DNA of 64,000 nt from a virus (lineage: Duplodnaviria > Caudoviricetes). Made by a program: the position numbers and the translations under genes. Below are positions 1-9,920 of this stretch, piece by piece. Below the pieces are notes generated by a model, which was not told the DNA's origin, searched no databases, and was given only the letters and a program-made list of their open reading frames with translations. The stretch is taken from the IMG/VR virus record IMGVR_UViG_3300037424_001021, positions 12,161 through 76,160 of that record. One strand, 5' to 3'. The stretch's first letter is position 1; every line of letters starts with the position of its first letter.

Positions 1-1
1 T

Positions 2-1405
2 GATAGTGCCAAATCTCTAGTAGAAAGATGGACGCAAGGTGGATTATCAGGTAGCGATTGTTTACCTTGCGATCTGAGAATTAATTTTAAAGAGCAATTG
101 ACATTTGAAGCAACATGGAAAAAGTTATATCAACATTATTATGCTTATTTTACTAACGCTATTACACAAATCTTAGCGATGACAAATCTGTTAACTGGTA
201 AAGGTAAAACTACAGACATCTGTCCTTTGATTAAGTTTTTTAAAGAATTCATGTGCGTGCCTGATTTGCAAAGAATGATCGCTGCATTAACTGCATTGAT
301 TATGCAACTAGGTATCGAATTAAGTAGTTTATTTGATTTGGTTCTTCAATTGGTTGGACCATTAATGATGCCATTTTTGAATGAAATTATTAATCAAATA
401 AATCAATTTTTTCTCACAGCAATTAAGCCATTAGAATGCATTATAGGAGTTATTACTTCGCATCTTTCTAAACTAGATTATGGCGCAATTTTTTCAAATC
501 CTACTAATGCTCAAATAAAAGGTACTATTGAAACTGGTACAATTACTTTAACAAAAAGCAAAGTAGATTTAAATCCAATTGCAACAAATCAAAATCAAAA
601 AGATCACTTAGCTGTACTCAAGGCAGAAGAAAAATTAATTAAAATTAAACAAAACTCGAAAAATATAAATATTTCTAATTCATCAGATGTAATTTTACAA
701 AGACAGCAAGAACAACAGTCTCAACAAGAATATCAAGATTCTCTACGAAATAAAGATCTAACGGCAATAGGTAAAACCAATGAAGAGTTGCATAAGATCC
801 TAGAAACAACTCGCTCTGCTTTATTTAATTTAATTAAATATCTTAAAATGGTCATTGATAAATTTAATGCATTTCAAAATATACTAGTTGGAGATTTTAT
901 AAAAATGTTAAATACTCTAACAGGAGGAGGAACTGGTTTATTAATTCAACTCAATGATAAATTAGCAATAGTTCAGTTAATTACTTTAATAAAAGCTATT
1001 ATGAATGTTTACAAGAATGGACTTCAATGCGATACAGATGGAGATAAAAACAATATCATTCCAGTACTTCCTATTCGATCAAATATGGTAGTTTATGAAG
1101 ACAAAGAAGGTTATATTCATATAGATGAAAATTCCAGTGAAATAGACGCGGCAATCGATGGAGCAATCAAAGGAATAGGGCGCAATCCCGACAATTTCGA
1201 TGTAGTTGGTAATGGAGATGTAGCATACCAAAAACTAACGTCTCTTATTAAGTTAACTGGCAATGAATTGCTGGATTCTGATATTTCCAGAGTGATTGAG
1301 TCTTTAGCAAGACCTTCTCGTGTAACATTTAAATGTCCATTAGAAACGACAGTTGCTGATGCTGAAAAAGTTAATCAATGGATTTCTGAATTAAATGCGC
1401 TATGA
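2..1405 (+). CDS. Hypothetical protein, 5'-truncated by the window edge; hydrophobic helical and coiled-coil segments
   Basis: Frame is open from position 2 (DSAKSLVERWTQGGLSGSDCLPCDLRINFKEQL) into the listed 98..1405 ORF, so the TTG at 98 is probably internal. No family recognised. Confidence 0.6.
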   Translation, partial: DSAKSLVERWTQGGLSGSDCLPCDLRINFKEQLTFEATWKKLYQHYYAYFTNAITQILAMTNLLTGKGKTTDICPLIKFFKEFMCVPDLQRMIAALTALIMQLGIELSSLFDLVLQLVGPLMMPFLNEIINQINQFFLTAIKPLECIIGVITSHLSKLDYGAIFSNPTNAQIKGTIETGTITLTKSKVDLNPIATNQNQKDHLAVLKAEEKLIKIKQNSKNINISNSSDVILQRQQEQQSQQEYQDSLRNKDLTAIGKTNEELHKILETTRSALFNLIKYLKMVIDKFNAFQNILVGDFIKMLNTLTGGGTGLLIQLNDKLAIVQLITLIKAIMNVYKNGLQCDTDGDKNNIIPVLPIRSNMVVYEDKEGYIHIDENSSEIDAAIDGAIKGIGRNPDNFDVVGNGDVAYQKLTSLIKLTGNELLDSDISRVIESLARPSRVTFKCPLETTVADAEKVNQWISELNAL

Positions 1406-1413
1406 TATAAGCA

Positions 1414-3798
1414 ATGAAAACGTTTAAAAATGAAATAGAAGTAATTCATAAAACTGCAGATGCAGTTCCCGATATTTCGGTAGTAATTCCAAGTGATAAG
1501 CCAATTTCCCAACTGCCAAGAGTAGTTAATCCCGCGCTTTCATATTCAGCAACTAGAGGAAGAGGAAGAGGCAATTTTCTTGAATCCGAGTACGATTTAG
1601 CTCAAATTGGTCGCATACGCGACACAGAGAGTTATGTTAGTCAAGCGTTTGATAAAAAAGTTGCTTTAATGTTTAAAGAAGGATTTACTTTTGTAGGTAA
1701 AAATCCTAAAACAATTAAATATATTAAACAACGTTTTGCTCAAATTGCTCGCGCTAGTGGAGTTTCGACAATAGAACTATTGCGAAATTTAGGTTCTAAT
1801 TTAATTCAAAAATCTAATGCCTTTCTTGTCAAAGTTCGAAAAGAAGAAGCTTCCGGTGGAAAAATCCATAGAGATTTTATTTTCAATAAAGAGCTAAAAC
1901 CAATTGCCGGTTATTTCCCTATTCCTGCTGAAACTATGAATGTCGATCAAGAAGGTTATAAAATTCGCAAATGGGAACAGAAATTACCAGATGGCTATTA
2001 TAAAGATTTCATGCCAGAAGATATTATTCATATTCATTTTAATCGCAAAGATGGATTTATTTTTGGAACGCCAACTTTAATTCCAGTAATTGATGATATT
2101 AGGGCATTACGTAAAATTGAAGAAAATATAGAATTACTGATTTATCAAAACTTATTTCCTCTTTTTCAGTTCAAAGTAGGCACCGATGCCAGACCAGCCG
2201 GTTTAACAGAAACAGGCGAAAGAGAAATTGATGTTATTCGTCGAGAGATTCAGTATATGCCTTCAGAAGGTGGCATTGTTACAGATCATCGTTCGGATAT
2301 TCAAGTGATAGGTGCCGAAGGTAGAGCACTGAGAGCTGAAAAATATCTAGAACACTTTAAACGAAGAGTTATTGCAGGTTTAGGCATTTCATCTGTAGAC
2401 CTAGGTGATGGAGATACGTCTAACAGGTCTACAGCTGATAATATGAGTCGCAATCTGATTGATTCAGTCAAAGATTTTCAGCAAATTTTAGAAAGTTGTG
2501 TTGACCAATTAATTATCAACGAATTACTGCTTGAATCTACTTTCAAAGAAGATGTACTCAATGAAGATAATCAAGTTCATTTAAAATTTAAAGAAATTGA
2601 TATCACTACTCAAATTAAAAAAGAAGCTCACTACGCAGATCAGTTCAATAAAGATATCTTATATCACGACGAAGCTCGTATCTCTATGGGTCGAGAACCT
2701 ATAGTCATTCCCTCACAAGAAGAACAGGAAAAAGACTTAGATTGGGCAAGTAAATATCCAGAATGGGCAAAAATGCGCTGGAAAATGTTTAAAGAACCTG
2801 AACTTCTTATTCAAAGTATTGACGAACCATATTCTCTTGCTGCAAAAGCTGCATTATCTAATCGAAGTGTAGGAATGACTCAAACTGAAGGGACTCGATC
2901 AACAAAAGAAACTGCTGCTGCTGAAAAAGCTAAACGTCCTTCTTCAGCTGCTGGAATTCCTACAAGAACTAAACTAACTAAAAAAGTTTTAAATAAAGAC
3001 GCCTTTTTATCTGAACATTTTAATTCTATACAAAATGGAATTATCACATATTTAAATTATAGACAAGTTTATGACAAAAATTGGATTGACAAGTTATTAC
3101 AAATTAATTCCGCCCAAATAGCAGAACATATGACTGCCTTGCAGATGTCTTATTTTAGAAATTCGTATTTAGCTGTAAAAGATAAAATTGATTCAAATTA
3201 TTTTAGTGCAACTAGAAAAGCTAAAATTCAGTTTGAACAAAGAAGTAATTTTTATCTTAAAAAGTTAATCAAAGATACAACAGATATCTTGCAAAGACAT
3301 CTACAAAATGAAACTGAAGTTTCTATTTTAGGAACAAAAGCGCGAGAAATTTTCGATACATTGCAATTTAGAATTTCTGCAATAGAAGACGTAGAAGTAT
3401 TAAAAGCTAAAAATTTAGGCACAGTTTTAGCATTACTAAATCAAGGAGAGAAAGAAGTTTTTGTTTTATCTACAGATAAAGGATGTTTAACTTGTAAAAA
3501 TAGATATAATCAATCTGTTTTATTAGATAATATCTTAATGGAAGATATTCCGCCTTTTCACAACAAATGCGAATGTAGTTTGTCTCGAATACCTAAAATT
3601 AAAGACACCCTTGAAAATCAACAAGATATGTTACAATTAAAACCAGAAGATAAAAAACAAGATTCTTCTGAGGAATGCAAACAAAAACTGATTTTAAAAT
3701 TAAAAACAAAACATCCAGATTGGAAGCAAAAGAAAATAGAATCTCAAGCTGAATTACTATGTGAAGCAATGAAATTATCGGAGGACGAGGAGGAATAA
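1414..3798 (+). CDS. Portal protein with C-terminal MuF/SPP1 gp7-like head morphogenesis domain
   Basis: Portal-type segments (PEDIIHIHFNRKDGFIFGTPTLIPV; ALRAEKYLEHFKRRVIAGLG), position before the protease, and C-terminal CLTC...IPPFHNKCECSL resembling the MuF PPxHPNCRC motif. Confidence 0.85.
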   Translation: MKTFKNEIEVIHKTADAVPDISVVIPSDKPISQLPRVVNPALSYSATRGRGRGNFLESEYDLAQIGRIRDTESYVSQAFDKKVALMFKEGFTFVGKNPKTIKYIKQRFAQIARASGVSTIELLRNLGSNLIQKSNAFLVKVRKEEASGGKIHRDFIFNKELKPIAGYFPIPAETMNVDQEGYKIRKWEQKLPDGYYKDFMPEDIIHIHFNRKDGFIFGTPTLIPVIDDIRALRKIEENIELLIYQNLFPLFQFKVGTDARPAGLTETGEREIDVIRREIQYMPSEGGIVTDHRSDIQVIGAEGRALRAEKYLEHFKRRVIAGLGISSVDLGDGDTSNRSTADNMSRNLIDSVKDFQQILESCVDQLIINELLLESTFKEDVLNEDNQVHLKFKEIDITTQIKKEAHYADQFNKDILYHDEARISMGREPIVIPSQEEQEKDLDWASKYPEWAKMRWKMFKEPELLIQSIDEPYSLAAKAALSNRSVGMTQTEGTRSTKETAAAEKAKRPSSAAGIPTRTKLTKKVLNKDAFLSEHFNSIQNGIITYLNYRQVYDKNWIDKLLQINSAQIAEHMTALQMSYFRNSYLAVKDKIDSNYFSATRKAKIQFEQRSNFYLKKLIKDTTDILQRHLQNETEVSILGTKAREIFDTLQFRISAIEDVEVLKAKNLGTVLALLNQGEKEVFVLSTDKGCLTCKNRYNQSVLLDNILMEDIPPFHNKCECSLSRIPKIKDTLENQQDMLQLKPEDKKQDSSEECKQKLILKLKTKHPDWKQKKIESQAELLCEAMKLSEDEEE

Positions 3799-5877
3799 AT
3801 GCCTTTTATTATTCAAGATGATTATAAATTGACTTTTTCTGATAAAGAAATTCAGAGAGTTAAAGACACTTATGTAGCAAATCCTTCTAATGGAATTTTC
3901 GTTAGAATTCAGGCAACACATGCGGGATTAGTCAATCGCAATAATTTTTTCTATCTTCCTGATAAGATGAAAGATAGTGTAGGTTCATTTTTAACTCCTT
4001 TTGCCAAACCAATTCTTGTTAACCATAACGAAGAAGGTGAACCTATTGGCAGAGTTGTTGCTGCTAAATATGTAGATACTTCTTTATCTTTAAAAGATGG
4101 AGTTAGCGAATTAGTCGATAAATTTAGTTTAGTTGATAAAGAATTTCGTAATTTTATTACTGGAGAAATGTCTTTAGATGATCAAGTAAAATATATTAGC
4201 GATACACTTTACGACAAGATGTTGAGTGATCCTAATTTTACAGGTTTAGGTTATGCTGAAATTGTCGCGCATATCACAGATGCTGCCGCCATTGAAAAAT
4301 TCCTTGATGGGCGGTATTTGACTGGCTCTGTATCTGCAAGCACAGATAAAGCAATTTGTTCAGTATGTAAAGAAGATTGGTCAGAAGGGCGATGTGACCA
4401 TTCTCCTGGCAAGTTATATGACAAAAAGAAAATGTTTTTGATTGCTGGAAAATTTGGTTATGAACATTGGGCAGTTGTGAATACTCCCGCAGATGGTCAT
4501 TCTAAAGCTACTGAAGTTTCAAGTGTTCCATTGAACGATGCGGTAGATACTGCTCAATATACACTTCAAGATATTAGTGTAGAATTATTAAATAGTTATT
4601 CCGAAGAGGGAGAGACAGAAATGAAGATTGAAGATTCAGAAAAAACAGTACAAAATAATCAAGTAACTTCAGAACTTGTTCCAGAACAAATTCCTGAAGT
4701 TCAAGTACAAGATGAATCTTTTGATGACTTTTTAACTCGTGTTTTAGACAAAACATCTAAATTAACAGATGAAGATTTAGAAAAAGTCTACCAACTAATG
4801 CTAGATGCAATGAAAGAAATTGAATTAGAAGAACAGGTCATTGCAGATGCAAAATTAACAACCGAAAAACGGAAAAGTCTGGCAAAATCAACTTTCTGTG
4901 GCCCTGGCAAAAGTTTTCCAGTCCCAGATTGTGCGCATGTAGTAGCAGCTCGTAAACTGATTGGGCGTTACAAAGGTCCAGGAGACAAAGAAGCAATTCT
5001 TGCCTGCGTGTCTCGTAAAGCAAAGTCAATGGGCTGTGATAAAGAAAAAATGAAAGATGCCATTCAAGAACCAACTCAAGCAGAGATTCTTCAAACTCAA
5101 ACTCAAGATGGAATGACGCATGTCAATGTACTTTCTCAACTTCTTGAAATAGTCAGAAGTCAACAATGGGCATCAATGGAACATAAACCTTTAACTGAAG
5201 AACAAATGGGAATGCTCCAGGAATTGATTTCTGCAATAGCTCAATTGGCAACAGTAGAAGAAGTTGCCGATGCTGTTCTTTCCGAAAAAGGTGGATTATC
5301 TCAGATCCTTTCAGATAAACTAGAATCATCGTTATTAGATGAAGTAGTAAAATTAGAAACTTCTCTTGGAGAAGTTAGAGATGAATTTGAAAAATCCAAA
5401 GTAGAGGTAGAAACTTTAAAAGATGAAATAAAAGTAATTTCACAAGAAACAGAAATTCTTAGAGATTCTACTGTTCAAGCTAAAACTCAGTATCGAGAAA
5501 TACGAGCTGATTATTTAACTCTTCTTAGATCTCTTAAAGATCATTCTCTTATCAAAAGAGAAGATCTTATGAATCTTGAAGATAGTGCATTAAACTCAGA
5601 ACTCGATTCCTTGGTTAAAGAATTAGATTTATTGAAAATAGTAGAAAAACTTGACGATGGAATGGCAAGAAATCCAACAGGTACTGTAGAAAATCCTATT
5701 CAAATAGTTGACAATTCTAAAGAAAATGCGACGATTACAGTGGAAGGAGTTGCAAAAGAACTCCGACATATAGAGGAAACTTTTATAGCAATGTCTCTCA
5801 AAAATTCCATATCTGCTAATAATTATCTTGCAAAAGAAATGGCAAGAATGAAAAAAGAAGGAAAGTTACCTAATTAA
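3799..5877 (+). CDS. Prohead protease with C-terminal coiled-coil scaffold region
   Basis: ATHAGLVNRN, KPILVNHN..PIGRV, RYLTGSVS, CSVC..CDH and EHWAVVNTPAD are typical of HK97-type maturation proteases; acidic linker and heptad-rich C-terminus follow. Confidence 0.82.
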   Translation: MPFIIQDDYKLTFSDKEIQRVKDTYVANPSNGIFVRIQATHAGLVNRNNFFYLPDKMKDSVGSFLTPFAKPILVNHNEEGEPIGRVVAAKYVDTSLSLKDGVSELVDKFSLVDKEFRNFITGEMSLDDQVKYISDTLYDKMLSDPNFTGLGYAEIVAHITDAAAIEKFLDGRYLTGSVSASTDKAICSVCKEDWSEGRCDHSPGKLYDKKKMFLIAGKFGYEHWAVVNTPADGHSKATEVSSVPLNDAVDTAQYTLQDISVELLNSYSEEGETEMKIEDSEKTVQNNQVTSELVPEQIPEVQVQDESFDDFLTRVLDKTSKLTDEDLEKVYQLMLDAMKEIELEEQVIADAKLTTEKRKSLAKSTFCGPGKSFPVPDCAHVVAARKLIGRYKGPGDKEAILACVSRKAKSMGCDKEKMKDAIQEPTQAEILQTQTQDGMTHVNVLSQLLEIVRSQQWASMEHKPLTEEQMGMLQELISAIAQLATVEEVADAVLSEKGGLSQILSDKLESSLLDEVVKLETSLGEVRDEFEKSKVEVETLKDEIKVISQETEILRDSTVQAKTQYREIRADYLTLLRSLKDHSLIKREDLMNLEDSALNSELDSLVKELDLLKIVEKLDDGMARNPTGTVENPIQIVDNSKENATITVEGVAKELRHIEETFIAMSLKNSISANNYLAKEMARMKKEGKLPN

Positions 5878-5906
5878 GGTTAATAACATAGGAGGAATGC
5901 TTAAAA

Positions 5907-7139
5907 ATGAGTTTTAATAGCGTTGGCCAATATTCGGCAAATCATAAAGGATGGGATCATGTAGGAAATTTAATCCCAGATGTAGAGCACAGCGAAGGTA
6001 TTCGTCCTGCGAGTGGATTTCGTCCAGCAGCTTGGCTTCCAGTTCAGTTTTATGAGAAATCTTACGAAAACTGGATTGTTGTCATGCCTGGTAAATCAAT
6101 TTGTTTTGACAATGATGGCCGAATTGTTCCTACTCAATATGGATTAAGTGGAGCAACTATCACTTACACGGCAAGCGATTTAGCTGCTGGAGTTATTGAT
6201 GTTCGAACGGGTGTCGCTCTAGTAGCTGGTGGCGTTGGGACTTTCAATGTTTCCGCTGTAACTGACTTCATGGGTCGCGGAGTAGAAGCTCTTGCTCTTA
6301 GCAAGCATGTGGGTGTTCTTTCTTATCCAGCTCTTCAATGGGCTGGCGATGGCAGTGCTGACGATGATGGTTACAACCCTGCAGCTCTACGTCAACATAA
6401 CTATATTATGCAAACTGGAACTGCGATTCTTTGCGACTATGTTTTACAGTTACCATTAATGCCAGCAACTACTTCTGCTGAAAGTCTTACACAAGATAGC
6501 CATGTTGGTCAAGTTCAGACTTTCACAGCTTTAAGTAATCTTCCTGTAGCTACCAATACAATGCGCACTCCATTAACATTTGCTGATGGAACTTTAACTG
6601 ATTCTGCAACTCGTTTTGTGAATCAAGTAACAGATTCAACTGAAATTCTTGCGCTAGGAGACTGGACTATTGATTACGCAACTGGCGTTATTCAATGTTG
6701 GGCTGATGCACCTTTAGGTGTTGGTAATCTCTATGCTCTTACTTATAGTCATTATGCTTCAGCTCCAACTGGTTCAAGCGTGAGCAAATTTGCTTGCGTT
6801 CTTGGTGATGTTACTCCTGGTGATTTTCTTAAAGTTAATGCAGATTCTAACTTGGTAAAGGCCACTCCAAAGACTTACGGAGATGGCGTAACTGATAATT
6901 TTGATACTTTTGCTGATATTGTTGGTCAAGTATTAGCAGTTCTTACTGAACCTGTTGATTTACTAGATAGAGTTCGTACTGCTTATGATTCTTTAAACTC
7001 ATCGGCTGCTGGCGCATATCCTGGTTATGCTGGTCAAATGGATCAAATGCCAGGTTCTGCAACTGGTGGAGTTGGGGCTCTTGTTCATTATGCAGGTGCA
7101 GCTGATAAATTAGTAATCGTTAATCTAATTTCACGATAA
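5907..7139 (+). CDS. Putative capsid decoration/cement protein
   Basis: Lies between protease and major capsid, strong RBS (AGGAGG), Gly/Ala/Thr-rich, codon usage visibly like the capsid gene. Confidence 0.55.
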   Translation: MSFNSVGQYSANHKGWDHVGNLIPDVEHSEGIRPASGFRPAAWLPVQFYEKSYENWIVVMPGKSICFDNDGRIVPTQYGLSGATITYTASDLAAGVIDVRTGVALVAGGVGTFNVSAVTDFMGRGVEALALSKHVGVLSYPALQWAGDGSADDDGYNPAALRQHNYIMQTGTAILCDYVLQLPLMPATTSAESLTQDSHVGQVQTFTALSNLPVATNTMRTPLTFADGTLTDSATRFVNQVTDSTEILALGDWTIDYATGVIQCWADAPLGVGNLYALTYSHYASAPTGSSVSKFACVLGDVTPGDFLKVNADSNLVKATPKTYGDGVTDNFDTFADIVGQVLAVLTEPVDLLDRVRTAYDSLNSSAAGAYPGYAGQMDQMPGSATGGVGALVHYAGAADKLVIVNLISR

Positions 7140-7173
7140 GTGGCACGAATATAAGGAGGTTTTAAATAAACAA

Positions 7174-8415
7174 ATGGCAGATATCAAATTTGAAGATGTA
7201 GCACAATATGAATGGATGTGGCGCAATAATGGATTGCATCCAGAGGATCATAAAACTCGCATTGAGTTAAAGGACGTTCTTTCTACTCAGAATGCTCCCA
7301 TGTTTATGCCAAAGGTAATCTCGAATATTGTTAAAGAAGCGGCTGAACCTTATATGATTGCTACGAGTTTACTAACTCGAATTAGTTATACTTATGGCCA
7401 GGCAATTTCTTTTCCAGCAGTTGGTGCAATCACTGTAGCCGATATGGCAGAAGGTGATGAATACCCAGAACGATCAATGTCTGCTGGTGGATCGACGGTT
7501 ACTGCAACTATCGGTAAAGTCGGTGCGGCAATTAAAATTACCGAAGAAATGATTCGTTATTCTCAATATGACATTATTGGATTACATCTTCGTGCAGCTG
7601 GTAAAGGTTTTGCTCGCCATAAGGAAGGCAAGATTTTTGCTTATATCAAGAAAATGGGAGCTTGTGTATTTGATAACTTAACTCCAACTGGTTCAGTTAA
7701 AGGTGTTACTACTGGTCGAGATCTTCAAGGTGCTGGCAACGGTTCGTTTACTATGGACGATCTTTTTGACATGTACGCTCAAGTTCTCCATCAAGGTTTT
7801 ATTCCTAATACCTTACTTTTACATCCTCTGTCTTGGGTCATGTTTATTAAAGATCCCACTCTTCGCGCATTTGCTCTTGCAAATGGCGGTGGAACTATGT
7901 TTGCAGGTTGGAATGGCTCTCCTGCAGGTCAAGCTCCTTGGCAGAATGGAGCCCAAGGTAAGCTAGGTATGGGCGTAGGTCAAAATATCGTACCTGGTGG
8001 TGCAGCATCTGGCGATGCAGCTACTGCTCTTACTGGTTACTCTCAAATGATTAGTTCGTCTCCAATGATTCCCAGTTATTTTAATGTGCCTTTCCGTATC
8101 CTTGTATCTCCTCTGGTTCCATTTGATCCACGTCGTAAACTAACCGATATCTATATGTTCGACGCCTCTGAATTAGGCGCTCTCATTGTAGATGAAGAAC
8201 TCTCAACTGAAGAATGGACAGATCCAGCTCGGGATATTCGAAAGATTAAGATGCGTGAGCGCTATGCGGTTGGCATCTTTAATGAAGGCCAAGCTATTGC
8301 TGTCGCTAAAAATGTACATGTTGTGCCAAATCAAGTTGTTCTGCCTGCTCAGGCTCATCTTGATGCATCTGGTTCTCTTGCTGAAATTGATCCATTAGCT
8401 AGTGTTCTTTCGTAA
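7174..8415 (+). CDS. Major capsid protein (HK97 fold)
   Basis: Size and position; MAEGDEYPE, KVGAAIKITEEMI, PNTLLLHP and KMRERYAVGIFNEGQAIAVAKNV fit HK97-fold capsids; AAGGAGG RBS; followed by a terminator. Confidence 0.9.
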   Translation: MADIKFEDVAQYEWMWRNNGLHPEDHKTRIELKDVLSTQNAPMFMPKVISNIVKEAAEPYMIATSLLTRISYTYGQAISFPAVGAITVADMAEGDEYPERSMSAGGSTVTATIGKVGAAIKITEEMIRYSQYDIIGLHLRAAGKGFARHKEGKIFAYIKKMGACVFDNLTPTGSVKGVTTGRDLQGAGNGSFTMDDLFDMYAQVLHQGFIPNTLLLHPLSWVMFIKDPTLRAFALANGGGTMFAGWNGSPAGQAPWQNGAQGKLGMGVGQNIVPGGAASGDAATALTGYSQMISSSPMIPSYFNVPFRILVSPLVPFDPRRKLTDIYMFDASELGALIVDEELSTEEWTDPARDIRKIKMRERYAVGIFNEGQAIAVAKNVHVVPNQVVLPAQAHLDASGSLAEIDPLASVLS

Positions 8416-8440
8416 GCTATTCACGTTATAAATAGTCTAT

Positions 8441-8474
8441 AAAAAAGGAACCGACTTGGCGGTTCCTTTTTTTT
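8441..8474 (+). terminator. Rho-independent terminator after the capsid gene, likely bidirectional
   Basis: AAAAAAGGAACCG-ACTTGG-CGGTTCCTTTTTT perfect inverted repeat with T-tract 3' and A-tract 5'. Confidence 0.9.
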
Positions 8475-8482
8475 CTCTTTAA

Positions 8483-8491
8483 TGTTATAAT
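8483..8491 (+). promoter_or_regulatory. Extended -10 sigma70-like promoter element
   Basis: TGtTATAAT just after the terminator and upstream of GAAAGGGG RBS and ATG 8515. Confidence 0.55.
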
Positions 8492-8514
8492 CAAGCATAT
8501 AGAAAGGGGCTATA

Positions 8515-9105
8515 ATGCTTGAAATTTCATTAAATAATCCAGATTTATATCCAATATGGAATCTGTTAGGTACAGATATCTTTTTAACGTATGAGAATTC
8601 TAAGCCTTATAAAATTGACGAAACTAAGTTAACTTATCAACAAAAATATAATTTAGCTCAGGCTATTAAATCTAATATTATCAAAGTCCATAACCGTGAT
8701 GTTATAGGATCTAATACTTTTAAATCTCAAACTCAATTAATTGAAGAAACAAGGTTTAATAAAATTCAAAAAATGCGGGATTTTCTTAATCAGCAATTAA
8801 AACTACTTAAGTCAGAAATAAAAAATCAAACCATTAGTGATTTGCATCTTTTATTAGACGAAGAAAAACAAGGAAAAGCTCGTAAAAGTGTTATTGAGAT
8901 TATTCAAAAAAGTATCTCTAAACATCAGAAGGATGTATTTGAACAATTAAACCAAAATATTCAAGATATTCCAGATAAAGATTTAGAATTACAAGAATTA
9001 CAAGCTTTTTTAGGTAAAGCAGAATATACTGATCGTATTAAATTTGATTTAGAAGATGACAAGGATCATAAAATCATAATCACATATGGAGTGAATGAAG
9101 ATTAA
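8515..9105 (+). CDS. Hypothetical protein (helical, charged)
   Basis: 196-aa ORF with RBS; contains LLLDEEKQGKARKSVIEII; function not recognised. Confidence 0.6.
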   Translation: MLEISLNNPDLYPIWNLLGTDIFLTYENSKPYKIDETKLTYQQKYNLAQAIKSNIIKVHNRDVIGSNTFKSQTQLIEETRFNKIQKMRDFLNQQLKLLKSEIKNQTISDLHLLLDEEKQGKARKSVIEIIQKSISKHQKDVFEQLNQNIQDIPDKDLELQELQAFLGKAEYTDRIKFDLEDDKDHKIIITYGVNED

Positions 9106-9866
9106 TGGCAACAATCTCTGAAATTATTGATAACTATTATCCTGCCGAAGGAGATGTTTCAGTCCCATTGCTTGCTGATATATCTATTCTTTTTGACAGA
9201 GAGATGGATGAAGACAATCTCGAAGAAAATATATTCATTAGCGGACCAGATACAGATCAGTTTGTTGGGATCGATTTAGAATTATTAGTAGATCCTGCAA
9301 ATATCTCTCAAGGAGATGATTTTCTGACATCACCAAGTCATACAGGTATCATGACTGGAACCTATACTTTTACTAAAATTGATATGATAGATGAAACCTT
9401 AGAAGTCGCAGTAGCCCCTTATAGGACTAAGTTAACTATTGCTCCTACAAGAGCAATGTCTGCTTTGACTTCCTATACTTTACACATGCCTGAAGTTAAA
9501 GGATTAGATGGAACTATTTATGAAGGATATTATACATTCAGTTGGACAACTGGTACTGGATCTATTCAAGCTTTGCCAAGTAGTGGATCTACTTCTGTAT
9601 TAGGTATAACTGGTTCAGTTGATACAACTGAATTAACCGTATTAAAGACAACTCCCGCCGATCACGGAATTCAAATTAAACCAATAACTAAAGATATTAC
9701 TATCGAATTTTCAGCACGTTTAGATTCTAGTACTGTTACTGAAGATAAATTTATCATTACTGCAGAACCTGCAACTGATCATCCAAGTGCTGGAGTTACA
9801 TATTCAGAAAATGAATTGGTTAAATCTCTTACTATTGATGATAATAAAGTAATAATTCATATTTAA
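9105..9866 (+). CDS. Virion protein with Ig-like (Big_5/SbsA-type) domains; second domain incomplete
   Basis: YYPAEGDVSVP..ISILFDREMD...YTFSWTTG and TTPADHG..ITIEFSARLDSSTV match Big_5-like signatures; TAATG coupling to the upstream gene. Confidence 0.7.
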   Translation: MATISEIIDNYYPAEGDVSVPLLADISILFDREMDEDNLEENIFISGPDTDQFVGIDLELLVDPANISQGDDFLTSPSHTGIMTGTYTFTKIDMIDETLEVAVAPYRTKLTIAPTRAMSALTSYTLHMPEVKGLDGTIYEGYYTFSWTTGTGSIQALPSSGSTSVLGITGSVDTTELTVLKTTPADHGIQIKPITKDITIEFSARLDSSTVTEDKFIITAEPATDHPSAGVTYSENELVKSLTIDDNKVIIHI

Positions 9867-9920
9867 TATATGAATTAGAGGAATTCCGCCATTTTTTTCA
9901 GAAAAAGGCGGGTTATTGTT

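Noticed and set aside
8427-8434. TATAAATA matching the T4 late promoter
   Set aside because: Lies immediately upstream of a strong terminator, is not repeated before other structural genes that I checked, and is expected by chance in AT-rich DNA.
9886-9911. CCGCC..GGCGG hairpin between the Ig-like and fibre genes as a terminator
   Set aside because: Imperfect stem and no proper U-tract; not supportable as a terminator.
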